This document shows positions 1 to 11,142 of a DNA stretch of 64,000 bases, piece by piece. The notes beneath the pieces are model-generated. The model did no database searches and was not told where the DNA came from. It was given only the letters and a program-made list of their open reading frames with translations. The DNA is from an uncultured Thermoleophilia bacterium (lineage in GTDB: Bacteria > Actinomycetota > Thermoleophilia > UBA2241). A program made the translations under genes and the position numbers. Within the stretch, counting starts at the first letter, position 1, and each line of letters opens with the position of its first letter. Location: positions 288,001 to 352,000 of the forward strand of contig CAVQSP010000014.1 of assembly GCA_963715985.1 (NCBI GenBank), given 5' to 3'.

Positions 1-263
1 TGCCGGCCCTGCCGGCCGCGCTCGTCAAGGAGCGCACGCGCCGCGCGCTGGCGGCCGCCGAGGCGGCCGCACGCGCCGCGCGCCGCGCCTCCCTGGGCAG
101 GCCGGCGGAGGTGCTCGTGGAGGACTGCCGCGGCGGTCTCTGGAGGGGGTACAGTTCGGAGTACATCCGCTACTACCTCGAGGGGACCGCCGCCCCGGGT
201 ACGCTGGTCGCCGCCGTGGCCGGCGAAGAGTACGAGGATGGAGTGAAAGGACGCATCGCATGA
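1..263 (+). CDS. mtaB: C-terminal (TRAM-like) part of tRNA methylthiotransferase MtaB/MiaB family, partial
   Basis: Frame from base 3 reads ...VKERTRRAL...GRPAEVLVE...GYSSEYIR...*; the TGA overlaps the yqeY ATG; usual position upstream of yqeY/phoH. Confidence 0.7.
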   Translation, partial: PALPAALVKERTRRALAAAEAAARAARRASLGRPAEVLVEDCRGGLWRGYSSEYIRYYLEGTAAPGTLVAAVAGEEYEDGVKGRIA

Positions 264-718
264 GAGAGCTCGGCGTCATCGAGCAGCGCATCAAGGACGA
301 TTCCACGGCCGCCCTCAAGGCCGCCGACAAGCGGCGCCGCGACGCCCTGTCGTCGTTCGTCGCGGCGCTCAAGAAGGAGCGCATCGACAGCCGCAGGCAG
401 CCCACGGAGGCCGACGAGCTCACGGTGCTCAAGCGCGAGAAGAAGCGCCGCGCCGAGGCCATCGAGCTCTACGACGGGGCAGGCCGCACGGACCTCGCCG
501 ACCAGGAGCGCTACGAGTTCGTGCTGCTGAGCGGGTACATGCCGGAGGAGCTCGGCGACGAGGAGCTCGAGGCGCTGGTGGACGAGGGCATCGCCGCCAC
601 CCAAGCCGCGACGCCCAGGGACATGGGCAAGGTCATGGGCTGGCTCAAGCCCAAGGTGGCCGGCCGTGCGGACGGGAAGAAGCTGAGCGCTCTCGTCCGC
701 GAGAAGCTCGGGGGGTGA
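260..718 (+). CDS. yqeY: GatB/YqeY domain protein
   Basis: GRTDLADQE...DMGKVMG...GRADGK motifs. Confidence 0.9.
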   Translation: MRELGVIEQRIKDDSTAALKAADKRRRDALSSFVAALKKERIDSRRQPTEADELTVLKREKKRRAEAIELYDGAGRTDLADQERYEFVLLSGYMPEELGDEELEALVDEGIAATQAATPRDMGKVMGWLKPKVAGRADGKKLSALVREKLGG

Positions 719-1737
719 CGGTGCCGCAGCTCACGCGCACGGTCATCGACCTCGACAGCAACAGCATCGCGCAGGCGCTGGCCGGGGACCACGACGCGCA
801 CCTCAAGATCCTCGAGAACCGCCTGGATTGCACGCTGACGATGCGCGGCAACGTGCTCATCCTCGAGGGGAGGGACGAGGCCGTGAGCCAGGCGCGCTCG
901 GCGCTGGAGGAGCTCCTCACCGTGATCGCCTCCGGACGCCCGGTGAACCCCGCCATGGTCGAGTCCCTCATGGACATCGCCGTGAACTCCTCGGGCAAAC
1001 CGTCCGAGGTGTACGGCGATGTGGTGTGGACGCACCGCGGACGGCAGATCGGCCCGCGTACCGTCAACCAGAAGCTGTACGTGGACGCCATCCGCAGCAG
1101 GACGATCACGTTCGGCATCGGCCCGGCGGGCACCGGCAAGACCTACCTGGCCACGGCGATGGCCGTGAGCTCGTTCTTCTCCAAGCAGGTGGGGCGCATC
1201 ATCCTCACCCGCCCGGCCGTGGAGGCGGGGGAGAGCCTCGGCTTCCTGCCCGGCACCGTGTCCGAGAAGGTCGACCCCTACTTCCGCCCCTTGTTCGACG
1301 CCCTCTACGACATGATCGAACCGGAGAAGCTGGCGACGCTCATCGAGAAGGGCGAGATCGAGGTGGCGCCGCTGGCGTTCATGCGCGGGCGCACGCTCAA
1401 CGACTCGTTCATCATCCTCGACGAGGCGCAGAACACCTCGCCGGAGCAGATGAAGATGTTCCTCACGCGCCTGGGCTTCGGCTCCAAGATGGTGGTCACC
1501 GGCGACGTCACGCAGATCGACCTGCCGCACAGCCGCACGTCGGGGCTCGTCACCGTGCCCGAGGTCCTCGAGGAGATCGACGACATCGCCATCACGCACT
1601 TCGACGGTCACGACGTGGTGCGGCACAAGCTGGTGCAGCGCATCGTCAACGCCTATCGCGACCACGATGAGCGCCTGGCGGCGAGCAGGCCGGCGCCGCG
1701 GCGCGGCGAGCGCCCGCCGCGGGAGGCCGGCTCGTGA
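715..1737 (+). CDS. phoH: PhoH-family ATPase
   Basis: GPAGTGKT, RPAVEAGESLGFLPG, FMRGRT, DEAQN, VRHKLV. Confidence 0.95.
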   Translation: MTVPQLTRTVIDLDSNSIAQALAGDHDAHLKILENRLDCTLTMRGNVLILEGRDEAVSQARSALEELLTVIASGRPVNPAMVESLMDIAVNSSGKPSEVYGDVVWTHRGRQIGPRTVNQKLYVDAIRSRTITFGIGPAGTGKTYLATAMAVSSFFSKQVGRIILTRPAVEAGESLGFLPGTVSEKVDPYFRPLFDALYDMIEPEKLATLIEKGEIEVAPLAFMRGRTLNDSFIILDEAQNTSPEQMKMFLTRLGFGSKMVVTGDVTQIDLPHSRTSGLVTVPEVLEEIDDIAITHFDGHDVVRHKLVQRIVNAYRDHDERLAASRPAPRRGERPPREAGS

Positions 1738-2213
1738 ACCTCGTCGAGGTCTACAACGCCACCCGCACTGAGGTCGACGAGGAGGCCGTGGCGGCGCTCG
1801 TCGACTGCGTGCTTGCGGCCGAAGGCGTGCTGAATGCGGAGCTCGGCGTGGAGCTCGTCGGCGAGCGCCGCATCCGCGACCTCAACCGCGAGCACCGCGG
1901 TAAGGACGAGGTCACCGACGTGCTCTCGTTCCCGCTCGAAGAGGCGGACGAGGAGCCTGACGCGGCGGCGGAGGGCGAGGGCGGCCCGCCGCGCCTGCTC
2001 GGCGACATCGTGATCTGCGCGCGCCGGGCGCTGCGCCAGGCGCGCGCCGACGGCCTGCCGCCGGCCTTCGAGCTCGCGGTGCTCCTCGCCCACGGCACCC
2101 TGCACCTGCTCGGCCACGACCATGAGACCGACGCCGGGCAGATGGCGCTGCGCCAGGCCGAGGTCCTGGAGCTCGTGCGCTGGGAGGGCCTGCTTGTCTC
2201 AACGCCGAGGTAA
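1734..2213 (+). CDS. ybeY: rRNA maturation endoribonuclease YbeY
   Basis: TDVLSFP and HGTLHLLGHDH zinc motif. Confidence 0.95.
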   Translation: MNLVEVYNATRTEVDEEAVAALVDCVLAAEGVLNAELGVELVGERRIRDLNREHRGKDEVTDVLSFPLEEADEEPDAAAEGEGGPPRLLGDIVICARRALRQARADGLPPAFELAVLLAHGTLHLLGHDHETDAGQMALRQAEVLELVRWEGLLVSTPR

Positions 2214-2916
2214 CCTTCTCCACAGCTTCAACTGGGCGTTCGACGGCATCGTCTACGCGCTCCGTCACGAGCGCAACATGTGGATCCACTTCACCGTCGC
2301 CGGCCTGGTGCTCGTGGCCGCCCTCTTCTTCGCGCTCACCCGGCTCGAGGTGATCGCACTGCTCGTGGCCATCTCCTTCGTGCTCATCACCGAGATGTTC
2401 AACACCGCCATCGAGCACGTCGTCGACCTGGTCACCGACGAGGACGACCCGCGCGCCCGAGCCGCCAAGGACGTGGCGGCGGGCGCGGTGCTCGTTGCCG
2501 CCGTCAACGCCATCGCCGTGGCGTACCTGGTCTTCTACGACAAGATCACGTACGTCCCGTACACGCTGCTCAGCAAGCTGCGCAGCTCGCCCATCGACGT
2601 CACCGTGATCGCCCTCTTCATCGTCATCCTGGTGGCCGTCGCCGTGAAGGCCATCACTCACCGGGGCACGGCGTTCCGCGGCGGCCTGCCGTCGGCGCAC
2701 GCCGCCGTCGCCTTCGGCGCCTGGGTGGCGGTCACCGTGGTGGCCACAAGTACGGGCTACGCGCTGCCCATCTCGGCGATCACGCTGTTCCTCGCCTTCC
2801 TCGTCGCCCAGAGCCGCGTACAGACCGGCGTCCACACCTTCCCTGAGGTGGCGCTGGGCGCCGCCCTCGGCATCGTCGTCACGCTGGTCGTGTTCCGCGT
2901 GTGGTACCCGCTGTGA
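2194..2916 (+). CDS. dgkA: Diacylglycerol/undecaprenol kinase (DgkA) fused to a C-terminal PAP2-like domain
   Basis: ERNMWIH, EMFNTAIE, AKDVAAGAV followed by GGLPSAHAA...QSRVQTGVH; start taken at TTG 2194. Confidence 0.85.
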   Translation: MSQRRGNLLHSFNWAFDGIVYALRHERNMWIHFTVAGLVLVAALFFALTRLEVIALLVAISFVLITEMFNTAIEHVVDLVTDEDDPRARAAKDVAAGAVLVAAVNAIAVAYLVFYDKITYVPYTLLSKLRSSPIDVTVIALFIVILVAVAVKAITHRGTAFRGGLPSAHAAVAFGAWVAVTVVATSTGYALPISAITLFLAFLVAQSRVQTGVHTFPEVALGAALGIVVTLVVFRVWYPL

Positions 2917-3341
2917 GCCGCGCCCCGAACGACGCCGATCTCGCCCTGTTCGCGGAGGCCGAGGCGCTCGCGTCCCGGGCCTACGCGCCCTACTCGGGGT
3001 TCACCGTGGGCGCCGTGGTGGTGGACGCCTGCGGGCGCTGCCACCCCGGCGTGAACGTGGAGAACGCCTCCTACCCCGTCGGGCTCTGCGCCGAGCGCGC
3101 GGCGCTCGGCGCACTGGTCACGGCCGGCGAGCGCCGCGTGGGCGCCGTCGCCGTCTCCGCCGGTCCCGGCCGCGACTGCCTGCCGTGCGGCATGTGCCTG
3201 CAGGCGCTGGCCGAGTTCGGAGATCCGGAGATCGTGGCGCGGGCCGGGGGCGAGGTACGCGTGTTCCGTCTGCAGGAGTTGCTCGCGGCGCCGTTCGCCG
3301 CGGCCGGCGGCACCTGGCCGGGCGCGGAGGGCGGCCGGTGA
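2913..3341 (+). CDS. cdd: Cytidine deaminase
   Basis: AYAPYS, NVENASY, CAERAA, PCGMCLQ. Confidence 0.9.
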   Translation: MSRAPNDADLALFAEAEALASRAYAPYSGFTVGAVVVDACGRCHPGVNVENASYPVGLCAERAALGALVTAGERRVGAVAVSAGPGRDCLPCGMCLQALAEFGDPEIVARAGGEVRVFRLQELLAAPFAAAGGTWPGAEGGR

Positions 3342-4225
3342 GCGGCGACTTCCACTCCGGGTTCGTCGCCGTGTTCGGCCGCCCCAACGTGGGCAAGTCC
3401 ACGCTGGTGAACGCCCTCGTGGGACGCAAGGTCAGCATCGTCAGCGACCACCCGCAGACCACGCGCCGGCGCATCACCGGCGTGGCCAATCTCGAGGGCT
3501 GCCAGCTGGTGCTGCTGGACCTGCCCGGCTTCCAGAAGCCGTTCGACTCGCTCACGCGCCGCATGCAGACCGCGGTGGACGACGCGCTCTCCGAGGTGGA
3601 TGCGGCCCTCGTGCTCCTCAACGCCGACGAGGCCTTCGGAGCCGGCGACCGGTTCGTGGTACGCGCGGTCGCCGGCGCCGCTCTGCCGGCCTTCGTGGCC
3701 CTCAACAAGATCGACCTCGTGGACGGTCCGCGTCTGGGGACGCGGCTGGAGGAGGCGCGCACCCTCGCCGGCGACCGCGAGGTGCTGCCGGTGTCGGCTC
3801 TGCGCGGTGATGGGCTCGCCGAGCTCCTCGCCCTGCTCGCCGCCGCCATGCCGCCGGGCCCCGTGTACTTCCCCGCCGGCGAGCACAGCGACCAGCCGCT
3901 CGAGCTGCTCATCGCCGAGCTGGTCCGCGAGCAGGCCCTGCGCCGCACCCGCGACGAGGTCCCGCACGCCGTGGCCGTGGAGGTCACGGGCATCGTGGAA
4001 CGCACCGACCGGCCGCTGGTGGAGATCGAGGCCATCCTCATCGTGGAGACCGAATCGCAGAAGGCGATCGTGGTCGGCAAGGGGGGCCGTGTGGTCAAGG
4101 CCATCGGCAGCTCGGCCCGCCACGAGATCGAGTCCATCCTCGGCGTGCAGGTGTTCCTCGACCTGCGCGTCAAGGTACGCAAGCGCTGGCGCCGCGACGA
4201 CCGCTACATCGAGCGGCTCCTCTGA
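3338..4225 (+). CDS. era: GTPase Era
   Basis: GRPNVGKST, PQTTR, NKID, C-terminal KH domain (VVGKGG). Confidence 0.95.
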   Translation: MSGDFHSGFVAVFGRPNVGKSTLVNALVGRKVSIVSDHPQTTRRRITGVANLEGCQLVLLDLPGFQKPFDSLTRRMQTAVDDALSEVDAALVLLNADEAFGAGDRFVVRAVAGAALPAFVALNKIDLVDGPRLGTRLEEARTLAGDREVLPVSALRGDGLAELLALLAAAMPPGPVYFPAGEHSDQPLELLIAELVREQALRRTRDEVPHAVAVEVTGIVERTDRPLVEIEAILIVETESQKAIVVGKGGRVVKAIGSSARHEIESILGVQVFLDLRVKVRKRWRRDDRYIERLL

Positions 4226-4301
4226 CGGGGCCCTCCCGGCCCGTTTGCTATACTCGAGGCACGTTCAGCCCCGTCTGTCGTCTCCCGGAAGGACCTGCGG
4301 C

Positions 4302-4988
4302 GTGCACGCCGAGGAGCTCGCCAAGACCATCGACCACACGCTGCTCAAGGCCGACACCACCAATCCCGACGTGGAGAGGCTCTGCCGCGAGGCGGCCAGG
4401 TATCACTTCGCGGCTGTCTGCGTGTTCCCGCACTTCGTGCCGCTGGCCTCCGAGCTCCTCCGCACGGCGGACGTCAAGGTGTGCTCGGTGATCTCGTTCC
4501 CCTACGGCGCGGACTCGCTGCGCGCCAAGGTCGTCGGCGCCGAGGAGGCCGTCGCGCAGGGCGCCGACGAGATCGACGTGGTCATCAACATCCCCGCCTT
4601 CCTCTCCGGCGACTTCGGGCACGTGCGCAACGAGCTGGCCAGTGTGGTGCGCACCGTGCGCATGAAGGCGATGAACTCCGGGCGCGGGCAGGTGGTGGTC
4701 AAGGCCATCGTCGAGACCTGCTACCTCACCATCAAGATGAAGCGCATGGCCTGCAGGATCTGCGAGCAAGCCGGCGTGGACTTCGTCAAGACCTCCACCG
4801 GCTGCGGGCCCAAGGGCGCCACGGTGCAGGACGTGGAGATCCTCCGCGACTGCCTGGACGAGCACATCGGCGTCAAGGCGTCGGGCGGCATCCGCACCCT
4901 GCGCGACGTGGAGCTCATGGTCAACGCAGGGGCCGTGCGTATCGGTACGAGCGCCGGCGTGGCCATCATGAAGGAGTTCGCCGGCTGA
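4302..4988 (+). CDS. deoC: Deoxyribose-phosphate aldolase
   Basis: [35 protein letters not shown]. Confidence 0.95.
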   Translation: MHAEELAKTIDHTLLKADTTNPDVERLCREAARYHFAAVCVFPHFVPLASELLRTADVKVCSVISFPYGADSLRAKVVGAEEAVAQGADEIDVVINIPAFLSGDFGHVRNELASVVRTVRMKAMNSGRGQVVVKAIVETCYLTIKMKRMACRICEQAGVDFVKTSTGCGPKGATVQDVEILRDCLDEHIGVKASGGIRTLRDVELMVNAGAVRIGTSAGVAIMKEFAG

Positions 4989-5392
4989 CGGCCGTCCCGC
5001 CGGCTGCCCCCGAAAGGACGGTCGTCATCGATCCCCAGGCCTTCCTCGACCTCGTACGCTTCGACGCCGCCGGTCTGGCGCCGTGCATCGTGCAGGATGC
5101 GGCGACCGGCGAGGTGCTCATGGTCGCGTACGCCGACGCGCAGGCCCTGACCGCCACGCTGGCCACCGGCGAGGCGCACTTCTGGAGCCGCAGCCGTCGC
5201 GAGCTGTGGCACAAAGGCGGCACGAGCGGCAACGTGCAGCGCGTGCTCACGGCGAGTCTGGACTGCGACCATGACGCGGTGCTGCTGAGAGTGGAACCGG
5301 CCGGACCCGCCTGCCACACCGGCGCCGTGAGCTGCTTCCGCGCGGAGGCGAGCGGGGGCGCGGTGCTCGAGGTGCGTCCGGAGCGCCCGTGA
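4985..5392 (+). CDS. hisI: Phosphoribosyl-AMP cyclohydrolase
   Basis: [35 protein letters not shown]; start uncertain. Confidence 0.9.
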   Translation: MTAVPPAAPERTVVIDPQAFLDLVRFDAAGLAPCIVQDAATGEVLMVAYADAQALTATLATGEAHFWSRSRRELWHKGGTSGNVQRVLTASLDCDHDAVLLRVEPAGPACHTGAVSCFRAEASGGAVLEVRPERP

Positions 5393-7177
5393 GCTCGGCG
5401 TCCGGCGGCGCCGCCTTCGCGGCGGCGCCGGAGGCGGCCGCAGACGCGTCGTCCGGGGGCGCCCCATCGCACGGCGCGGACCCGTCGCACGGCAGCGCGG
5501 CGCCGCACGACCCCGCCCCGCCCCGCCGGCGCTCCGCCTCCGGGGGCGTCGTGATCGCCCTGCTCGCCGCCATCCTCGTGCTCGCCGCCGTGCTGCGGCT
5601 CAAGGGCATCGGCTGGGGCCTGCCGCTGAGCCTCGATCAACGTCGACGAGAGCACGGTCGTCCCCAAGGCGTTCGGGGCTGCCCGCGGGGGCCTGAACCC
5701 GCAGTTCTTCTACTACCCGTCGCTCTTCTTCTACCTTGTCGGCGGGGTGTACCTGCTGGCGGCGCCGGTGCTGTGGGCGTTCAAGGGTGCGAACCCACTG
5801 GCCGTGGCCTCGTTCGTCGTGGACCCGACGCCGTACTTCCTGCTCGGCCGTCTCGTCTCGGCGGCGGCCGGCGTCGCCTCCGTGTACCTGCTGTACCGTC
5901 TCGGCCGGGAGGCCTTCGGCCGCCCGGCCGGTCTCGTCGCGGCGCTCTTCCTGGCGGTGGCGCCGCTCCACGTCGCCTACTCGCACATGGCCGTCACCGA
6001 CGTCACCGCCACGGCGCTCTCGCTGCTCGCGCTCCTCCTGCTGCTCCGTGCGGCGCGGGGCGCCGGCGTCCGCTGGCTGCTCGCCGGCGCGCTCGTGGCC
6101 GGCCTCGCCACGTCCACCAAGTACAACCTCGGCCTGCTGGTGCTCCCGGCGACGGTGGCGGGCGTGTACGCCGGCAGGGCCGCGGCCCGCGCCGCGGCGG
6201 CGGGGACCGCCGCGCAGGTGGCCGGCGGAGCGGCCGGCGCCGCCGCCCGCGTGTGGGCGTGGGCGCGTCTGCTGGGCCTGCGCGTCTACCTGCCCATGCT
6301 CGCCGCCTTCCTCGTAGGGTCGCCGTTCATCGTCCTCGACCCCGGCCACTTCCTGCACGACTTCCTGCGCCAGAACCGCATCATGGCGCGCGGGTGGCTG
6401 GGCTTCGAGCACACCGGCAACGGCCTCTGGTACAACCTGCACGTCAACCTCCAGGGGACGCTGGGCGTGGTGCTGCTCGTCCTTGGGCTCGCGGGGCTCG
6501 CGTGGGCGCTGTGGCGCCACACGCGACTCGACCTGCTGCTGGCGCCCTACGCGATCGTCTACGTGGCCTACATCAGCACGTGGAAGGAGCTTGCCGACCG
6601 CTACCTGCTGCCCGTGGTGCCGCTGCTGATCCTGCTCGCGGTGCGGCTGTGCCTCGAGCTTGCCGGCGCCCGCCCCTCGTGGCGCAAGGTCGCCGTGCCC
6701 GTCGTGGCGGTGCTTCTCGCCGTCGCCGTGGTGGCGCCGCTGACCGCGTCTCTCGACGTCGACCGGGCCCTCGCGGGCACCGACACGCGGGCGCGGGCCA
6801 AGGCGTGGATCGAGGGCAACGTGCCGGCCGGGAGCGTCGTGGCGCTGGAGACCAGCGGCCCGCAGCTCGTGCGTGGGAGGGACGTGAAGTACTACGAGGC
6901 GGCAGGCCGTGACGCGACCGCCTATCGGGTGATCCGCCTGCGCCTGCCGGCGCCCGACATCGCCAACAGGAGCCACGACCTCGCGTGGCTGCGCGAACGC
7001 GACGTGGACTACGTGGTCGTGAGCTCCAAGGTGTACGACCGCGTTCTGGCGGCGGCGGAGCACTACCCGGGGGTCGCCGCCTTCTACCGCGAGCTGGACG
7101 AGCAGGCGACGCTGGTGAAGACGTTCTCGCCGGGGCCGGGCGAGCAGGGTCCTACGCTCAAGCTGTACAGGCTCTGA
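5389..7177 (+). CDS. Integral-membrane glycosyltransferase (GT39/PMT-like, GT-C), apparent frameshift near 5630
   Basis: N-terminal [11 protein letters not shown] then a frame switch to NVDE...YYPSL; many TM helices; LATSTKYN; RYLLP. Confidence 0.75.
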
Positions 7178-7252
7178 GCCCGGCCTCTCCGGCCTGCGGC
7201 GTGCGCCCCGCAGCTCGGCGCCGTGCGCAGCTGGGCCGCCTGTCCCTCCGCC

Positions 7253-8359
7253 TCACGTCTGCGCCGGGTGCGGGCGCTCCATCTCGCACGCCTCCGCCGC
7301 CGCCTCCTCGATCTCGCCCTCGGCGATGGGCCTGCGGCCCGGGCGCACCACGAAGTAGGCGATGAAGCCCGGCGGGATGGGCAGCCAGAAGTTGATCAAG
7401 CGGTAGACGAGCACCACGGCAACGGCTGTGGCGGAGGGCACGCCGAAGCTCACGTACAGGGCGATCATGATGCCTTCGACTGCCCCCAGACCCCCCGGAG
7501 TGGGGGCGAGCGTGCCGATGGCGTAGGCCACTACGTAGCCGACGGCGAGGTAGCCGAAGCCGATGTGGTAGTCGAAGGCCCAGAAGGTCACGTACAGGCA
7601 CAACAGGTCGAAGGCCCAGAAGGCGCAGGCCAGGGCCGTGGTGGTGCGGAAGGCGCCGCGGTGCGACGTCATGCGGCGCATACCGGCGAAGAGGTTGTCC
7701 AGCCAGCCGTCGATGTGGTCCTCCTGGATCACCTTCCGGCGCCAGATCCGGTTGACGATGTGCGCCACCTGCTGCGCCCGGCGGCGCATCCGCGCACGGT
7801 GGTTGTAGAGGTACACGCCGTAGCTGGTGAGCCAGAGGATGAAGCCGATGAGCACGATCCCGACCACGTACCCCGCTATGGACTCGCCGCGGGCGATCAC
7901 CAGCCAGAGGAGCGCCAGCGCGAACACGAACCACAGCACGATGTAGTTGAAGAACTGCTGCGCCGCGATGGCCACGAAGATCAGGCCGTGAGGCACGCGG
8001 TGCTTGCGCAGGGCGTTGTAGGTGACGACCCAGCCGCCGACGCCGCCGGCGGAGAGGATGTGGCTCACGGCGAGGCCGCTCAGGGTGATGGCCAGCACCT
8101 CGCGAAGGCGCAGGTGGATGTCCAGCACCTTGAGGATGTAGCGGGTCAGGTTCGCGTAGCCGAGCAGCGCCATGACCTCGAGGGCGATGGCGGCGGCCAG
8201 CAGCACCCAGCTCGCCCTGGTGAGCAGCGCGACCGTCTGCTCCGTGTCCACCAGCTTCGGGAGCAGCAGGTAGAGCACGAGGACGATGACGGCGAAGACG
8301 ATGATGTGGCGGATGGTCTTCTTGATGGGTGGCCTCCCCCGGCCGCGGGCGTCCGCCAA
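7253..8359 (-). CDS. Lysylphosphatidylglycerol synthase TM-domain (UPF0104/flippase-like) protein
   Basis: TPGGLGAVEG...VLVYRLINFWLP motif; multi-TM. Confidence 0.85.
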   Translation of the reverse strand: MADARGRGRPPIKKTIRHIIVFAVIVLVLYLLLPKLVDTEQTVALLTRASWVLLAAAIALEVMALLGYANLTRYILKVLDIHLRLREVLAITLSGLAVSHILSAGGVGGWVVTYNALRKHRVPHGLIFVAIAAQQFFNYIVLWFVFALALLWLVIARGESIAGYVVGIVLIGFILWLTSYGVYLYNHRARMRRRAQQVAHIVNRIWRRKVIQEDHIDGWLDNLFAGMRRMTSHRGAFRTTTALACAFWAFDLLCLYVTFWAFDYHIGFGYLAVGYVVAYAIGTLAPTPGGLGAVEGIMIALYVSFGVPSATAVAVVLVYRLINFWLPIPPGFIAYFVVRPGRRPIAEGEIEEAAAEACEMERPHPAQT

Positions 8360-8416
8360 GGGGAAGACAGTACCATACGGGCCGCGGGGGAAGGGTGGCG
8401 CGCGGCCCCAGGGGGC

Positions 8417-9446
8417 TCAGGTCTGGCTGGCCTGGCGCAGGCTCGCGTAGGTGGCGAGTCCCGCCGGGATGGGCAGCCAGAAGTTGATGAGGCGGTACAC
8501 GAGCACCACGGCTACGGCGGCGCTGGAGCCCGTGCCGAAGCCGGCCAGCAGCGCGATCATCACCGCCTCCACGGCGCCGAGCCCACCCGGCGTGGGGGAG
8601 AAGGTGCCCACCACGTTGGCCACGCCGTAGGCGATGAGCACGTAGTACACGGGCACCCACTGGTGAAAGGCGAGCATGACGGCCAGCAGGCAGAGGATGT
8701 CGAAGCCCCAGTAGCCGGCTGAATGGCCCACCGTGCGCAGGTGCCCGCGCCCGTCGTGGCGCAGCCGCCGCCAGCCGTCCACCACGCCGTCCAGCCACTC
8801 GTCGAGCTGCTGGTAGGGGACGCGCAGCCGGCTCCAGCGCCGGCCCAGCCAGTCCACCACCTGGCGGCCCCGACGCCGCAGCGCGGTGGGGTGGTTCAGC
8901 AGCCAGAAGCCGTACACGCTGAGCGCCAGCAGGAGCGTGACCAGAGCCGCGGCGACGGCCATCGCCAGGTCGTTGGCCTCGCCGCGCAGCACCAGGGCGA
9001 GAAGGCCGATACCGAAGAGGAGGAAGAGGACGCTGTACGCGAAGGCGTTCTGGAAGATCACGGCGATGAGTACGAGAGAGTGCGGCATGCCGCGCTTCTG
9101 CAGCACGCGGTAGGTGACGGCGGCGCCGCCCACGCCGCCGGCGGAGAAGAGGTGGGCGGCGGCGAGGCCGGCGAGGTTGATGCGCAGCGCCAGGACCAGC
9201 GTGACGGGGAACTGCAGCAGGCCGAGCAGGCGCCGGAACAGCATGGAGTAGAAGACCAGCGACGACCGTCTCCACGGCCACGGCGAGGACGAGGAAGCCC
9301 CAGCTCGCCTGGCGCACCAGATCCACCGCGTGGGCCTGCCCGGCCAGTCGCGGCAGGATGAGGAAGAGCGCCACCACGATGACGAGGAAGATGATGGCGG
9401 CGCGCAGCGGGTGGCCGCGCCGCGGCGGCGACTCGTCGGGCGGCAT
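8417..9446 (-). CDS. Second UPF0104/LPG synthase TM protein, apparent frameshift near 9260
   Basis: Paralog of 7253-8359 (AGGVGG, TPGGLGAVE, VYRLINFWLP); N- and C-halves lie in different frames. Confidence 0.8.
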
Positions 9447-9450
9447 GGAG

Positions 9451-9873
9451 TCAGCGGCGGGCGTCGCGCCCGCCTCTCCGCTGCCGGGTGCGCGAGCCCC
9501 CTCCGAGCACCTCCGACTCTATCTCCTGGCGCCGCACCCAGGCGTAGGCCACGGCCACCGGCACGCCCGTGAACGGGATGGCGCACAGCACGAGCCAGCC
9601 CCAGCGCCCGGCCTTGAACGTCACGTACACGGCGTACACGCAGGTCACCGCCCAACCGGTGAGCAGGACGAGGCCCCACACCGCGGCAACGGGAGCCGGG
9701 ATGAACGTGACGTGGAGGGCCAGGGCGAACGCGCGCAGGAGGAACAGGACGAGGGTGAGGGACGAGACGAGGAAGAGGTTGGCCACCCGGCGCAGTTCAA
9801 GCTGGAGCTCGGGGTCGACGGCGACCCCGGGCCGGTCCCTGTCGAAGCTCATGCGGTCGCGCAGTCGTGTCAT
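9451..9873 (-). CDS. Hypothetical membrane protein
   Basis: Three hydrophobic segments; stop directly before the start of the UPF0104 gene. Confidence 0.55.
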   Translation of the reverse strand: MTRLRDRMSFDRDRPGVAVDPELQLELRRVANLFLVSSLTLVLFLLRAFALALHVTFIPAPVAAVWGLVLLTGWAVTCVYAVYVTFKAGRWGWLVLCAIPFTGVPVAVAYAWVRRQEIESEVLGGGSRTRQRRGGRDARR

Positions 9874-10210
9874 GCCCGTGCCCTGGCGAGGATGGCGCGA
9901 CAGGCACGCACGGCCCGTTGCGAGGACGCCCACAGTCTCGGCGATGGGCTCGCCGAACACAACCTGGGGCCCAGTGGGGACGGTGACAACGGTCCTTGCG
10001 GCTTGCATCGGCGGGCGGACTTTGGTTGACTGGCGGTCCACCGAACAACTGAGGCGTGCCGCGCGCCCCTCCATGCGTTCGCCCCCTAAATCGCTCGCAC
10101 GTTGCTTGCTGTGCGTGTGGAGAGACGTCTCTGCGGTCACGCGGAAAGCCCCGCCGGCGCCCTGCCCCCGCTCTGCCGCGCCCTAAGGGAAACCACGTCG
10201 AAAGGACACC

Positions 10211-10876
10211 GTGACCCGACGGACCAGCCGGATCGCGATGCTCGCATCGTTGCTCGTCGCTTTCACACTGTTTGCCGGTCTGCTCGTCTCCGACGCCGGC
10301 GCCACCACCTCGCTGCGCGGAAGGCTGCACATCGCCCAGCGAGAGCTCGACCGGGCCAACAAGCGACTCGAAGCCGCAAAGGCGGCCCTCGCGGCGGCTC
10401 AGGCGGCCGACGAATCGGCCGCCCCCGCGCCCTCCGGCGCCGCCAACGCCGCGCCCTCCCCCGATGTGGCCGATCTCCAGGCTGCGGTCGACGAGGCTCG
10501 GGACACCGTGCGCACCTGGAGCAGGAAGGTCGACCGCCTGGCCGCGGCCGTCAAGCAGGAAGAAGACATCGACGCCTGGGAGAAGAAGGGCGAGTGGATG
10601 CCCATCATCAGGATCGCGGCCGACAAATACGACGTCAGGGCCGACGGCATCTACCGCATGATGATGCGCGAGTCGGGCGGCGACCCCCGGGCGGGCGCCA
10701 GCTCCCAGTTCAAGGGCCTGTTCCAGTACTGGACGGGGACCTGGAAGAACGACTGGAACCCATGGCGCGACGAGAACATCTACGACGGCAGCTCGCAGAT
10801 CTTCGCGACGGCCTACGCCATCCACAAGGGTATGGGCCCGCAGATGTGGACGACGACGTTCGCGTCGCAGTATTGA
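10211..10876 (+). CDS. Secreted coiled-coil protein with lytic transglycosylase/Rpf-like (lysozyme-fold) domain
   Basis: Signal peptide, coiled coil, then RESGG...GLFQY...TW catalytic motif. Confidence 0.8.
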   Translation: MTRRTSRIAMLASLLVAFTLFAGLLVSDAGATTSLRGRLHIAQRELDRANKRLEAAKAALAAAQAADESAAPAPSGAANAAPSPDVADLQAAVDEARDTVRTWSRKVDRLAAAVKQEEDIDAWEKKGEWMPIIRIAADKYDVRADGIYRMMMRESGGDPRAGASSQFKGLFQYWTGTWKNDWNPWRDENIYDGSSQIFATAYAIHKGMGPQMWTTTFASQY

Positions 10877-10960
10877 CCGCTGCAGATGGGTCAACGCAGG
10901 GTGCACCCAATGCACACCCTGCCCTGACCGCCGCACAGGGCTGACCCGGGCACGCCCGGG

Positions 10961-10999
10961 ACGAGAGGCCGCCGGACCCCGCGTCCGGCGGCCTCTCGT
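10961..10999 (+). terminator. Perfect 17-bp hairpin, putative terminator
   Basis: ACGAGAGGCCGCCGGAC (10961-10977) pairs with GTCCGGCGGCCTCTCGT (10983-10999), downstream of the transglycosylase gene. Confidence 0.6.
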
Positions 11000-11142
11000 G
11001 CTTCCGGGGGAGAGCGTCCCCGTCGCCGGCGCGGCTCAGACCGACGGCGCGCCGGGCCAGGCTCCCGCGGAACTCGGACGGGCGCGCCGGCGCCGGCCCA
11101 CTCGCGGCGCCGGTGCGGTACACTTCCCGCACCACACTTCGT

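Noticed and set aside
9880-10210. Possible c-di-AMP (ydaO) or other riboswitch upstream of the transglycosylase/Rpf-like gene
   Set aside because: The context fits, but the conserved ydaO segments could not be matched by eye; needs an Rfam cmscan
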